From contig DATGDH010000139.1 of NCBI GenBank assembly GCA_035310985.1, forward strand, positions 95,214 to 159,213: a stretch of 64,000 nucleotides of DNA. Reading direction: 5' to 3'. The stretch comes from Burkholderiales bacterium. Its GTDB lineage: Bacteria; Pseudomonadota; Gammaproteobacteria; Burkholderiales; SG8-39. Shown in pieces: positions 32,802-43,122 of the stretch. The notes under the pieces were generated by a model. The model was not told the origin of the DNA. It saw only the letters and a list, made by a program, of their open reading frames with translations, and made no database searches. Each line of letters opens with the position of its first letter. Position 1 is the first letter of the stretch. The translations under genes were made by a program, and so were the position numbers.

Positions 32802-32976
32802 ATATTTGCTTCATTCGGGGAGCCATCTCGTTCGTTGAATTGCGGCACGCCTGCGTAGCCAACTCGTAGCCTCGCAGGATTTGGCAACGCTGCCATTCGA
32901 ATTTGCATCGCTACATCGAGAGATGGCAGGCGTCGCACGTCGTTAACTTGACAAGCAGCAACTCTCACTTCCGCGC

Positions 32977-33561
32977 CTAAAAGCCCGAGCCGGGCTGCTT
33001 CAGGAACTCGAGCTCTTCGGGCGTGCTCCGTCGCCCGAGTGCTTCGTTGCGGTGGGGAAAGCGGCCGAAGCGCGCGATGATCTCGTGGTGCCGCGCTGCG
33101 TACTGGTACACGTCATTCGTTTCCTCGAATTCCTCGAGCGGCCGCATCAGGCCGAGGCACAGCAACTGGTCCTCCAGCGCCTCGCTGTGCTCGAACGGCA
33201 GGTAGGTGAACATCCGCTCGACAGGCAGCATTTCCCGGTCGTAGCCCATTGCGAGCGCGTGGCGCGCCGCGTCGAGCGCGCGACCATCGCTCGCGAAGGC
33301 GCGTGCGCTGCCGCGAAACATGTTGCGCGGAAACTGGTCGAGCAGCACGATGAGCGCGAGGCAGTCGCCGGACTCGTCCTGCCAGCGCGCTAGGTCTCCG
33401 TGCGCGGCTGCCTCGTACAATGCGAGGAAGCGCTCGCGGATCGCGGCGTCGAACGCCGCGTCCTTGCTGAACCATTCCTTGCGCCGCTTGCCGTACTCGC
33501 TTTTGTTGCCGAACCAGAAGCTCAAGACCTGGCCGGTGCGAGGGTCTTTTGTGGGTCGCAT
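32977..33561 (-). CDS. DUF924-family protein
   Basis: [11 protein letters not shown] and [15 protein letters not shown] signatures. The start at 33561 is preferred because 33609 would overlap the divergent gene's start. Confidence 0.8.
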   Translation of the reverse strand: MRPTKDPRTGQVLSFWFGNKSEYGKRRKEWFSKDAAFDAAIRERFLALYEAAAHGDLARWQDESGDCLALIVLLDQFPRNMFRGSARAFASDGRALDAARHALAMGYDREMLPVERMFTYLPFEHSEALEDQLLCLGLMRPLEEFEETNDVYQYAARHHEIIARFGRFPHRNEALGRRSTPEELEFLKQPGSGF

Positions 33562-33601
33562 CGTCGAATGCTGCAATAATTCGCCGCCCGGAGCATATGC
33601 C

Positions 33602-35623
<2,022 letters not shown>

Positions 35624-35656
35624 GATTAATTCACATTCGTTCAAGAGGAGTCGTTG

Positions 35657-35965
35657 ATGAAGCGCATTGCAGTTCCCTTACTGCTCGTCGGCCTGGCAGC
35701 CGCTTTGCCGGCCAAGGCGGACGAGGCAATGGCCAGGAAGTACAACTGCCTGGCCTGCCACGCGGTGGACCATAAAGTCGTCGGGCCCGCATACAAGGAC
35801 GTCGCCAAGAAGTACGCCGGGCAGAAAGATGCCGAAGCCAAGCTGATCGAGAAGGTCAAGAAAGGCGGCTCGGGCGTCTGGGGCAACATCCCCATGCCGC
35901 CGAATTCCGCCGTGCCCGATGCAGACATCAAGAAGCTGGTGGAGTGGGTCTTGTCGCTCAAGTAG
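35657..35965 (+). CDS. Monoheme class I cytochrome c (c551/c552-like)
   Basis: Signal peptide, haem motif CLACH, distal Met context WGNIPMPPN. GAGGAG SD 6 nt upstream of the ATG. Confidence 0.88.
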   Translation: MKRIAVPLLLVGLAAALPAKADEAMARKYNCLACHAVDHKVVGPAYKDVAKKYAGQKDAEAKLIEKVKKGGSGVWGNIPMPPNSAVPDADIKKLVEWVLSLK

Positions 35966-35986
35966 CCGAACGAAGCGGATTGCGAT

Positions 35987-36019
35987 GAAGGCCGGGCTTG
36001 CCCGGCCTTCTTCATTTTT
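35987..36019 (+). terminator. Rho-independent terminator after the cytochrome c gene
   Basis: 10-bp GC-rich stem GAAGGCCGGG/CCCGGCCTTC, loop CTTG, then TTCATTTTT. Confidence 0.75.
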
Positions 36020-36070
36020 GCCGGTGCTATCATGCCTTCCCTCGTAGATTCCCAATCTTGCGGAGGTTCC

Positions 36071-37303
36071 ATGCGGCAGCCCAAGTTCGGTATTTCGTTG
36101 CTGGTCGCGGCCGGCGCGCTGTCCCTTGCGGGCTGCGGTGAGGAGAAGAAGCCGGAACCGGCGAAGACGCAGGCGCAGGCGCCCGCGGTGCCCACGATCG
36201 AGATCAAGATCGGGCACGTCGCGCCGCTCACCGGAGGCATCGCGCACCTCGGCAAGGACAACGAGAACGGCGCGCGTCTCGCGATCGACCAGGCGAACGC
36301 GGCGAAGATCATGATCGGCGGGAAGCTCGCGCACTTCGAGCTGCTGGCCGAGGACGACCAGGCGGACCCGAAAGTTGCCACGACCGTGGCGCAGAAGCTC
36401 GTCGACGCGAAGGTCGCGGGCGTAGACGGGCACCTGAACTCCGGCACGACGATTCCTGCCTCGGCGATTTACCACCAGGCGGGCATTCCGATGATCACCG
36501 GCTCGGCGACTAACCCGATGCTCACCGAGCAGGGCTTCGACAACGTGTTCCGCGTGGTCGGCCGCGACGATCAGCAGGGCCCTGCGATCGCCAGCTATCT
36601 CGCCGCCACGGACAAGCCGAAGGTCGTCGCCGTCATCGACGATGCGACGGCCTACGGCCAGGGTCTGGCCGACGAAGTCGCCAAGACGCTCAAGGCCGCC
36701 GGGATCAAGGTGCTCGCGCGGGAGAAGGGCACCGACAAGACCACGGACTGGAAGGCGGTGCTCACCAAGATAAAAGGCGAGAAGCCAGACGCGGTGTTCT
36801 ATGGAGGGATGGACGCAACGGGCGGCCCGCTGATCAAGCAAGGCAAGGAGCTCGGGCTCGACGCGGTGTACGCCTTCGGCGACGGCGCGTGCACCGACAA
36901 GATGGCCGAGCTCGCGGGACAGGCCGCAGAGGGCATGCTGTGCTCGCAGGCAGGCATCCCGCCGCAGGCGGCGTCGAGGTCCTTCCTCGACGCGTACAAG
37001 GCGAAATTCAACACCGATCCGATCCTGTACGCACCGTTCACCTACGACGCGGCGAACCTGCTGATCGAGGCGATGCGAGAAGCCGGCTCCGCCGATCCGG
37101 CGAAGTATCTGCCGGCGCTGCACAAGATCAGCTACATGGGCGCGACGGGCCGCATCGAGTTCGACGCCAAGGGCGACCGCAAGGACGCCGAGATCACGAT
37201 CTTTTCCATGAAGAACGGCAAGATCGCTCCGATCGCCGTGGTGAAGAGCGGCAAGACCATGACCTACGATGAGTTCCTGAAGGGCATGGGCGGCGCCAAG
37301 TAG
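36071..37303 (+). CDS. Branched-chain amino acid ABC transporter substrate-binding lipoprotein (LivK/LivJ family)
   Basis: 410 aa with lipobox LSLAGCG and type I periplasmic-binding fold motifs. GGAGG SD before the ATG at 36071. Confidence 0.88.
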   Translation: MRQPKFGISLLVAAGALSLAGCGEEKKPEPAKTQAQAPAVPTIEIKIGHVAPLTGGIAHLGKDNENGARLAIDQANAAKIMIGGKLAHFELLAEDDQADPKVATTVAQKLVDAKVAGVDGHLNSGTTIPASAIYHQAGIPMITGSATNPMLTEQGFDNVFRVVGRDDQQGPAIASYLAATDKPKVVAVIDDATAYGQGLADEVAKTLKAAGIKVLAREKGTDKTTDWKAVLTKIKGEKPDAVFYGGMDATGGPLIKQGKELGLDAVYAFGDGACTDKMAELAGQAAEGMLCSQAGIPPQAASRSFLDAYKAKFNTDPILYAPFTYDAANLLIEAMREAGSADPAKYLPALHKISYMGATGRIEFDAKGDRKDAEITIFSMKNGKIAPIAVVKSGKTMTYDEFLKGMGGAK

Positions 37304-37328
37304 TCCACTGCGCGTCTTGCGATGAGGC

Positions 37329-37360
37329 AAGCGGCACCTTCGGGTGCCGTTTGCATTTTT
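37329..37360 (+). terminator. Rho-independent terminator/attenuator between the binding-protein gene and livHMGF
   Basis: Stem AAGCGGCACC/GGTGCCGTTT (one G.U pair), loop TTCG, then GCATTTTT. Confidence 0.65.
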
Positions 37361-37396
37361 GGCGCCGGTCGCGGCGTTTGCTAGGCTTCGGCCGCG

Positions 37397-38383
37397 ATGG
37401 ACATCTTCCTGCAGCAGGTTGTCAACGGCCTGACGCTGGGTGCCGTGTACGCCATCGTCGCGCTCGGCTACACGATGGTCTACGGGATCATCCAGCTCAT
37501 CAACTTCGCGCACGGCGAAGTGGTCATGATCGGAGCGATGGTGGCCCTGAGCGTGATCAACCTGCTTGCGGATGCGGGCCTGCCGCCGCTCGTCGTCGTG
37601 CTGACGGGCGCGGCGTGCGCCATTCCGGTGTGCATGGTCGTCGCCTACGCAATGGAGCGTCTGGCTTACCGGCCGCTGCGCCGCGCTCCGCGCCTTGCGC
37701 CGCTGATCACCGCGATCGGCGTGTCGATCATCCTGCAGCATCTGGCCATGCTGGTGTGGAGCCGCAACGTGCTCGCGTTCCCCCAGATCATCGACATGCG
37801 GGTCTACACGGTCGCGGGCGCGGTGATCACCAATGTGCAGATAGCGATCCTCGCTTCTTGCGTGGCGCTCATGGCCGCGCTGGCCTGGCTCGTCTACCGG
37901 ACCCGCCTGGGTACCGCGATGCGCGCCACGGCGCAGAATCCCCAAGTCGCAGGCTTGATGGGCATCGATGCGAACCGCGTCATCGCGACGACCTTCCTCA
38001 TCGGTGCCGCACTCGCCGCGATCGCCGGAGTCATGGTCGGCACCTATTACGGCGTGGCGCAGTACACCATGGGCTCGATCCTCGGCCTGAAGGCCTTTTC
38101 CGCCGCAGTGCTCGGCGGCATCGGAAACATTCCCGGCGCGATGCTGGGCGGTGTGCTGCTCGGCGTCGTCGAGGCGCTCGGCGCGGGATACATCGGCAAC
38201 CTTACCGACCTTTGCAGCTATCCCGTGATCTCCGGCTGGATTGGAGCGCGTTGTGCGGGCGGCGGGCACTTCGTGCTGTTCGGCTCAAACTACCAGGACG
38301 TGTTCGCCTTTGCGGTGCTGATCCTGGTGCTCGTATTGCGGCCTTCCGGGCTGCTCGGCGAGCGCGTGGGTGACCGGGCGTGA
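37397..38383 (+). CDS. livH: Branched-chain amino acid ABC transporter permease
   Basis: 328 aa, MDIFLQQVVNGLTLGAVYAIVALGYTMVYGIIQLINFAHGE. Confidence 0.9.
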   Translation: MDIFLQQVVNGLTLGAVYAIVALGYTMVYGIIQLINFAHGEVVMIGAMVALSVINLLADAGLPPLVVVLTGAACAIPVCMVVAYAMERLAYRPLRRAPRLAPLITAIGVSIILQHLAMLVWSRNVLAFPQIIDMRVYTVAGAVITNVQIAILASCVALMAALAWLVYRTRLGTAMRATAQNPQVAGLMGIDANRVIATTFLIGAALAAIAGVMVGTYYGVAQYTMGSILGLKAFSAAVLGGIGNIPGAMLGGVLLGVVEALGAGYIGNLTDLCSYPVISGWIGARCAGGGHFVLFGSNYQDVFAFAVLILVLVLRPSGLLGERVGDRA

Positions 38384-39447
38384 GGGCGCGGGCGCACCGC
38401 AGCCGAGTATGGTTCTGGAGCGGATTGGCACTCGTCGCCGCAATCCTCATGGTATTGCCATTCGCCGTGACGCAGATCGGCACCGCGTGGGTGCGGGTCA
38501 CCAATCTGGCGCTGCTGTACATAATGCTCGCGCTCGGCCTGAACATCGTGGTCGGCTTCGCCGGGCTGCTCGATCTGGGCTACATCGCTTTCTACGGCGT
38601 CGGCGCCTACACCTACGCGCTGCTCGCGAGCCCGCAGTTCGGGCTGCATCTGCCGTTCTGGGTCATCCTGCCGATCGGTGCAGCGATCGCCGCGCTGTTC
38701 GGCGTCCTGCTCGGTGCCCCCACCCTCAAGTTGCGCGGCGACTATCTCGCCATCGTGACGCTCGGCTTCGGCGAGATTATCCGGATATTCCTCAACAACC
38801 TCGCGCAGCCGGTGAATATCACTAACGGTCCGCAGGGCGTGTACCGCATCGACCCGTTCCGCATCGACGGCCTCAACTTCGCCACCAACCAGAAGATCCT
38901 CGGGCTGGAATTCTCCGGGCCGATCAAGTACTACTACCTCCTGATCGTGTTCGTCGCGGTGATCATCGGGCTCAATCTGAGGCTGCAGAACTCGCGCATC
39001 GGCCGTGCCTGGGAGGCCATCCGCGAGGACGAAATCGCGGCGCGGGCGATGGGCATCAACACCACGAATCTCAAGCTGCTCGCCTACGCGATGGGCGCGA
39101 CGTTCGGCGGGCTTGCCGGCGGTGTGTTCGCGGCGATCCAGGAGTTCGTCTCGCCCGAGAGCTTCGTCCTCGTCGAGTCGATCCTGGTCGTATCGATGGT
39201 CGTGCTGGGCGGCATGGGCAACATCTGGGGCGTGGTGCTGGGTGCGGTGCTGCTCTCGTTCGTGCCGGAAATCCTGCGCTTCTCGGTGGCGCCGGTGCAG
39301 CAGGCGCTGTTCGGCCGCATGCTCATCGAACCCGAGGTGATCCGCATGCTGCTGTTCGGCTTTGCGATGGTGCTGGTGATGCTGTTCCGCCCCGCCGGCC
39401 TGCTGCCCTCGGCGGTGCGCAAGCGCGAGCTGACGGAACGCACGTGA
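38380..39447 (+). CDS. livM: Branched-chain amino acid ABC transporter permease
   Basis: 355 aa polytopic protein, LALGLNIVVGFAGLLDLGYIAFYGVGAY. Start overlaps the livH stop. Confidence 0.88.
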   Translation: MRARAHRSRVWFWSGLALVAAILMVLPFAVTQIGTAWVRVTNLALLYIMLALGLNIVVGFAGLLDLGYIAFYGVGAYTYALLASPQFGLHLPFWVILPIGAAIAALFGVLLGAPTLKLRGDYLAIVTLGFGEIIRIFLNNLAQPVNITNGPQGVYRIDPFRIDGLNFATNQKILGLEFSGPIKYYYLLIVFVAVIIGLNLRLQNSRIGRAWEAIREDEIAARAMGINTTNLKLLAYAMGATFGGLAGGVFAAIQEFVSPESFVLVESILVVSMVVLGGMGNIWGVVLGAVLLSFVPEILRFSVAPVQQALFGRMLIEPEVIRMLLFGFAMVLVMLFRPAGLLPSAVRKRELTERT

Positions 39448-40214
39448 GCGAGCTCCTGGTCGCGCGCAACGTGGGCAAGCGCTTTGGCGGCGTGCAGGCG
39501 CTGTCGGAGATCTCGTTCTCCATGCGCCGCGGCGAGATCTACGGCCTGATCGGCCCGAACGGCGCCGGCAAGACGACGTTCTTCAACGTGCTCACGGGCA
39601 TCTACGCGCCCGATGCGGGTTCGGTGTCGTTCGACGGCACGCCCCTCGCTGGGCTGAAAGCGCACCAGGTGGCCGCGCGCGGCATCGCGCGCACCTTTCA
39701 GAACATTCGCCTGTTCGGCAATCTGTCGGCGCTCGAGAACGTGATGATCGGCCGCCACGTGCGCACGCGCGCCGGAGTGCTCGGCGCCATCGTGCGCGAT
39801 TCCGGCACGCTGGCCGAGGAGCGCGCCATCGAGCGGCGCGCGCTCGAGCTGCTCGAGTATGTCGGGATCCGCGCTCGCGCCAACGATCAGGCCGGCAGCC
39901 TGCCGTACGGGGATCAGCGCCGGCTCGAGATCGCGCGCGCGCTCGCGACCGACCCCAAGCTGCTGGCGCTCGACGAGCCCGCCGCCGGGATGAACCCGTC
40001 GGAGCGGCTCGCGCTCGGCCGACTGATCGAGCGCATCCGCGACGGCGGGCTCACGGTGCTGCTGATCGAGCACGACATGCGCCTGGTGATGAAGGTTTGC
40101 GATCGCGTGCTGGTGCTCGACTACGGCGAGCGCATCGCCGAAGGCGTCCCGGCCGAGGTGCAGCAGGATCCCAAGGTCATCGAGGCCTATCTCGGAGCGC
40201 CTGCGACGCCATGA
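39444..40214 (+). CDS. livG: Branched-chain amino acid ABC transporter ATP-binding protein
   Basis: Walker A GPNGAGKTT, signature sequence YGDQRRLEIARAL, Walker B LLALDEPAAG. Confidence 0.92.
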   Translation: MSELLVARNVGKRFGGVQALSEISFSMRRGEIYGLIGPNGAGKTTFFNVLTGIYAPDAGSVSFDGTPLAGLKAHQVAARGIARTFQNIRLFGNLSALENVMIGRHVRTRAGVLGAIVRDSGTLAEERAIERRALELLEYVGIRARANDQAGSLPYGDQRRLEIARALATDPKLLALDEPAAGMNPSERLALGRLIERIRDGGLTVLLIEHDMRLVMKVCDRVLVLDYGERIAEGVPAEVQQDPKVIEAYLGAPATP

Positions 40215-40927
40215 GCCTGCTCGAGGTCGCGGCCCTCGAAGTGCGCTACGGCGGGATCCGCGCCGTAAAGGGCGTCGACTTCGACGTGAACGAAGGCGAG
40301 CTGGTCTGCCTGATCGGCGCGAATGGCGCCGGCAAGTCCTCCACCCTGAAAGCGATCTGCGGGCTGGTGCCGACCCGCGTCGGGAGCGTGCGCTATGCCG
40401 GCGAGGAGCTCTCCGGACTGCCGGTGCACGAGCTGCCCCGCCGCGGGCTGGCGCTCGTGCCCGAGGGCCGCGGCATCTTCCCACAGCTCACCGTCGCTGA
40501 GAACCTCGCCATGGGCGCCTATACGCGCCGCGACGCGGCCGTTTCCGACGATCTCGAGCGCATGCACGGCCTGTTCCCGCGGCTGCTCGAGCGCCGCAGC
40601 CAGACCGCGGGAACGCTTTCTGGCGGCGAGCAGCAGATGCTCGCCATCGCGCGCGCGCTGATGAGCCGGCCGCGGCTGCTGCTGCTCGACGAGCCCTCGA
40701 TGGGGCTCGCACCGCTGCTGGTCGCCAAGATTCTCGAGGTGGTGCGCGAAATCGCGCGCCAGGGCGTCACCGTGCTGCTCGTCGAGCAGAACGCCAGGCT
40801 GGCGCTCGAGATCTCCAGCCGAGGCTACGTGATGGAATCGGGCGCGATCACGCTCGCAGCCGATGCGTGCAGCCTGCTCGCGGACGCGCGCGTGCGCGAG
40901 GCCTACTTGGGCGAAGGCGCCGGCTGA
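40211..40927 (+). CDS. livF: Branched-chain amino acid ABC transporter ATP-binding protein
   Basis: Walker A GANGAGKSS, LSGGEQQMLAIARAL, LLLLDEPSMGL. The ATG at 40211 overlaps the livG stop. Confidence 0.92.
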   Translation: MSLLEVAALEVRYGGIRAVKGVDFDVNEGELVCLIGANGAGKSSTLKAICGLVPTRVGSVRYAGEELSGLPVHELPRRGLALVPEGRGIFPQLTVAENLAMGAYTRRDAAVSDDLERMHGLFPRLLERRSQTAGTLSGGEQQMLAIARALMSRPRLLLLDEPSMGLAPLLVAKILEVVREIARQGVTVLLVEQNARLALEISSRGYVMESGAITLAADACSLLADARVREAYLGEGAG

Positions 40928-41949
40928 GCCAGGTCCGCCTGAGTGGTGAACGAGTCGGCGAAGAACTCCTCCTCGGGCAGGCCGCACTGCTGGACGAAGT
41001 CGCGCCGGGCCGAGTCCACCATCACCGGAACGCCGCAGGCGTACACCTGGTGGCCGGAGAGGTCGGGCAAGTCCTGCATCACGGCGCGATGCACGAATCC
41101 GGTTCGCCCCTGCCACGCATCCTCTGGCAGCGCATCCGAGATCACGGGAACGTACCTGAAGTTGGCGTGTTCGGCGGACCACTTCTCGGGTAGCGCGCTC
41201 ATGTACAGATCCTTGGGCCGGCGCCCGCCCCAGTAGAGCGTCATCGGCCGCTCGATGCCCTCGTAGAAGGCGTGCTCGATCACCGACTTGATCGGCGCGA
41301 AGCCCGTGCCCGAGGCGACGAGCACGATCGGCTTCGCGGAATCCTCGCGCAGGAAGAAGGTGCCGTGCGGTCCCTCGAAGCGCAGGATGTCGCGCTCCTT
41401 CATCTTGCCGAAAACGTGATCAGTGAACTGTCCTCCCCGGACGTGCCGCACGTGCAGCTGGATGAGTTCGTCGTCGTGCGGCGCGTTGGCCATCGAAAAG
41501 CTGCGGCGCGACCCGTCACGCAGCAGGAACTCGATGTACTGACCCGCGAGGAAGAGCAGCCGCTCGTTTGCGGGCAGCTTAAGAAAAAGCACCATCACGT
41601 CGTCGGCGAGGCGCTCGATCTTCTGTACGCGGCAGGGCAGCGTCTTGATGGGGATGTCCTTCACCGCGCCGACCGTGCGCGCCTCGAGTACGACGTCGCT
41701 CAACGGCCTGGCCTGGCAAAAGAGCGCCTTGCCATCCTTTTTCTCCATCTCCGGCAGGGCTTTCAGCTGATAGGTGCCGTAGTCGACGCTGCCTGAAAGG
41801 ATCTTGCCTTTGCAGCTTCCGCAGGCACCGTTACGGCAGCCATAGGGCAGCACGAAGCCGTGGCGCAAGGCGGCCGTGAGGATGGACTCGCCCTCTTCGA
41901 CCTCGAACTGGTGCCCGCTCGGCTGCAGGGTGACCTTGAAATTGCTCAC
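40903..41949 (-). CDS. 2Fe-2S ferredoxin / FAD / NAD(P)H oxidoreductase (FNR-like; annotated in relatives as CDP-6-deoxy-delta-3,4-glucoseen reductase-type)
   Basis: 348 aa with plant-type ferredoxin CRNGACGSCKGK, FAD site RSFSMAN, NAD site ASGTGFAPI. Its 3' end overlaps livF by 25 nt (convergent). Confidence 0.85.
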   Translation of the reverse strand: MSNFKVTLQPSGHQFEVEEGESILTAALRHGFVLPYGCRNGACGSCKGKILSGSVDYGTYQLKALPEMEKKDGKALFCQARPLSDVVLEARTVGAVKDIPIKTLPCRVQKIERLADDVMVLFLKLPANERLLFLAGQYIEFLLRDGSRRSFSMANAPHDDELIQLHVRHVRGGQFTDHVFGKMKERDILRFEGPHGTFFLREDSAKPIVLVASGTGFAPIKSVIEHAFYEGIERPMTLYWGGRRPKDLYMSALPEKWSAEHANFRYVPVISDALPEDAWQGRTGFVHRAVMQDLPDLSGHQVYACGVPVMVDSARRDFVQQCGLPEEEFFADSFTTQADLAQPAPSPK

Positions 41950-41974
41950 AGTGAAGGCTGGCTACAATGGCTGC

Positions 41975-42805
41975 ATGAAGCGCTTGCTGATCGTCGGTTT
42001 CGGAGACGTGGCGCGCCGTCTGCTGCCGCTGCTTCCGCCCGGAGTGGCGCTGCGGCGCGCGTCACGCAGCGAGGGATACGACCTCGACCGGCCGGAAACG
42101 CTCGCAGGTCTCGCCGACTGGGCCGACGCCGTGCTGCACTGTGCGCCGCCTCCGAACACCGGCGATCACGACCCACGAACGGCGCACCTTGTCACGATCC
42201 TGGAGCGCGGCATTCTACCAGCGCGCCTGGTGTATATCAGCACCAGTGGCGTGTATGGCGACTGCGGCGGCGCACTGGTGGACGAGACGCGCGCGCCCGC
42301 GCCGCAGTCGGACCGGGCGCGGCGCCGCGCCGCGGCCGAGGCGCTGCTCGGCGCATGGTGCGCCGCGCGCGGGGTTGCGCTCGTCGTGCTGCGCGTGCCT
42401 GGAATCTACGCCGCGAATCGCCTTCCGATCGATCGCCTGCGCGCCGGCACGCCGGTGCTGTGCGACGAGGACGACGTCTACACCAACCACGTGCACGCCG
42501 ACGACCTCGCCGCGATTGCGCTGCGCGCCCTGCGCTCCGATGCGCCGCCGGGCGCGTACAACGCTTCGGACGACAGCCAGCTGAAGATGGGGCAATGGCT
42601 CGATCTCGTCGCCGATCACTTCGGGTTGCCGCGTCCGCCGCGTGTCGCACGACGCGATGCCGCGGGTAGAATTCCGGCTGCGCTGCTTTCGTTCATGAGC
42701 GAGTCGCGGCGTCTGGACAACCGTAAGATGAAGGGACTGCTCGGCGTGCGATTGCGCTATCCAACGGTATACGACGGCCTGCGCGCCGCCACGCAAGCCG
42801 CATGA
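41975..42805 (+). CDS. NAD(P)-binding Rossmann-fold protein, atypical SDR/epimerase family (YeeZ-like)
   Basis: 276 aa, KRLLIVGFGDVARRL, YISTSGVYGD. The canonical YxxxK is not obvious. Confidence 0.7.
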   Translation: MKRLLIVGFGDVARRLLPLLPPGVALRRASRSEGYDLDRPETLAGLADWADAVLHCAPPPNTGDHDPRTAHLVTILERGILPARLVYISTSGVYGDCGGALVDETRAPAPQSDRARRRAAAEALLGAWCAARGVALVVLRVPGIYAANRLPIDRLRAGTPVLCDEDDVYTNHVHADDLAAIALRALRSDAPPGAYNASDDSQLKMGQWLDLVADHFGLPRPPRVARRDAAGRIPAALLSFMSESRRLDNRKMKGLLGVRLRYPTVYDGLRAATQAA

Positions 42806-43122
42806 GCGCGCTGCTCGTGCTGACCAATCTGCCAGACCGAGCGGCAGCTGAGAGGCTCGCGGAGCACCTGGTCGCCGAGCGCGTCGCCGCGTGCGTGAAC
42901 ATCCTGGCACCCTGCCGCTCGGTGTACCGCTGGCAGGGCGCGCTCGAGCGCGCGGAAGAGCATCCGCTGCTCATCAAGACCACTGCCGAGCGCTACGGCG
43001 CGCTCGAGCAGGCGATCCGCGCGGCCCACCCTTACGAACTTCCGGAAGTCGTCGCGGTCCCAATCGAGCGCGGGCTGGCCTCGTACCTCGATTGGGTGGA
43101 AAGCGAGACGCGCCCCGCATGA
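42802..43122 (+). CDS. cutA: Divalent-cation tolerance protein CutA
   Basis: 106 aa, ...LVAERVAACVNILAPCRSVYRWQG...LLIKTT...HPYELPEVVAVPI. Confidence 0.88.
   Translation: MSALLVLTNLPDRAAAERLAEHLVAERVAACVNILAPCRSVYRWQGALERAEEHPLLIKTTAERYGALEQAIRAAHPYELPEVVAVPIERGLASYLDWVESETRPA

Noticed and set aside
32067-32976. Possible flanking direct repeats of the low-GC islet (TGCATCGTTA near 32094-32103 and TGCATCGCTA near 32905-32914).
   Set aside because: Only 7 contiguous nt plus 2 match, and the right-hand copy is not at the compositional boundary. That is too short to distinguish from chance, so no att-site or mobile-element call was made.
41975-42805. The YeeZ-like SDR seems to lack a canonical YxxxK catalytic motif (region reads ...SDRARRRAAAE...), suggesting a possible pseudo-enzyme.
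   Set aside because: Atypical or extended SDRs often have divergent motifs, and my alignment is from memory only. That is not enough evidence to claim loss of function.
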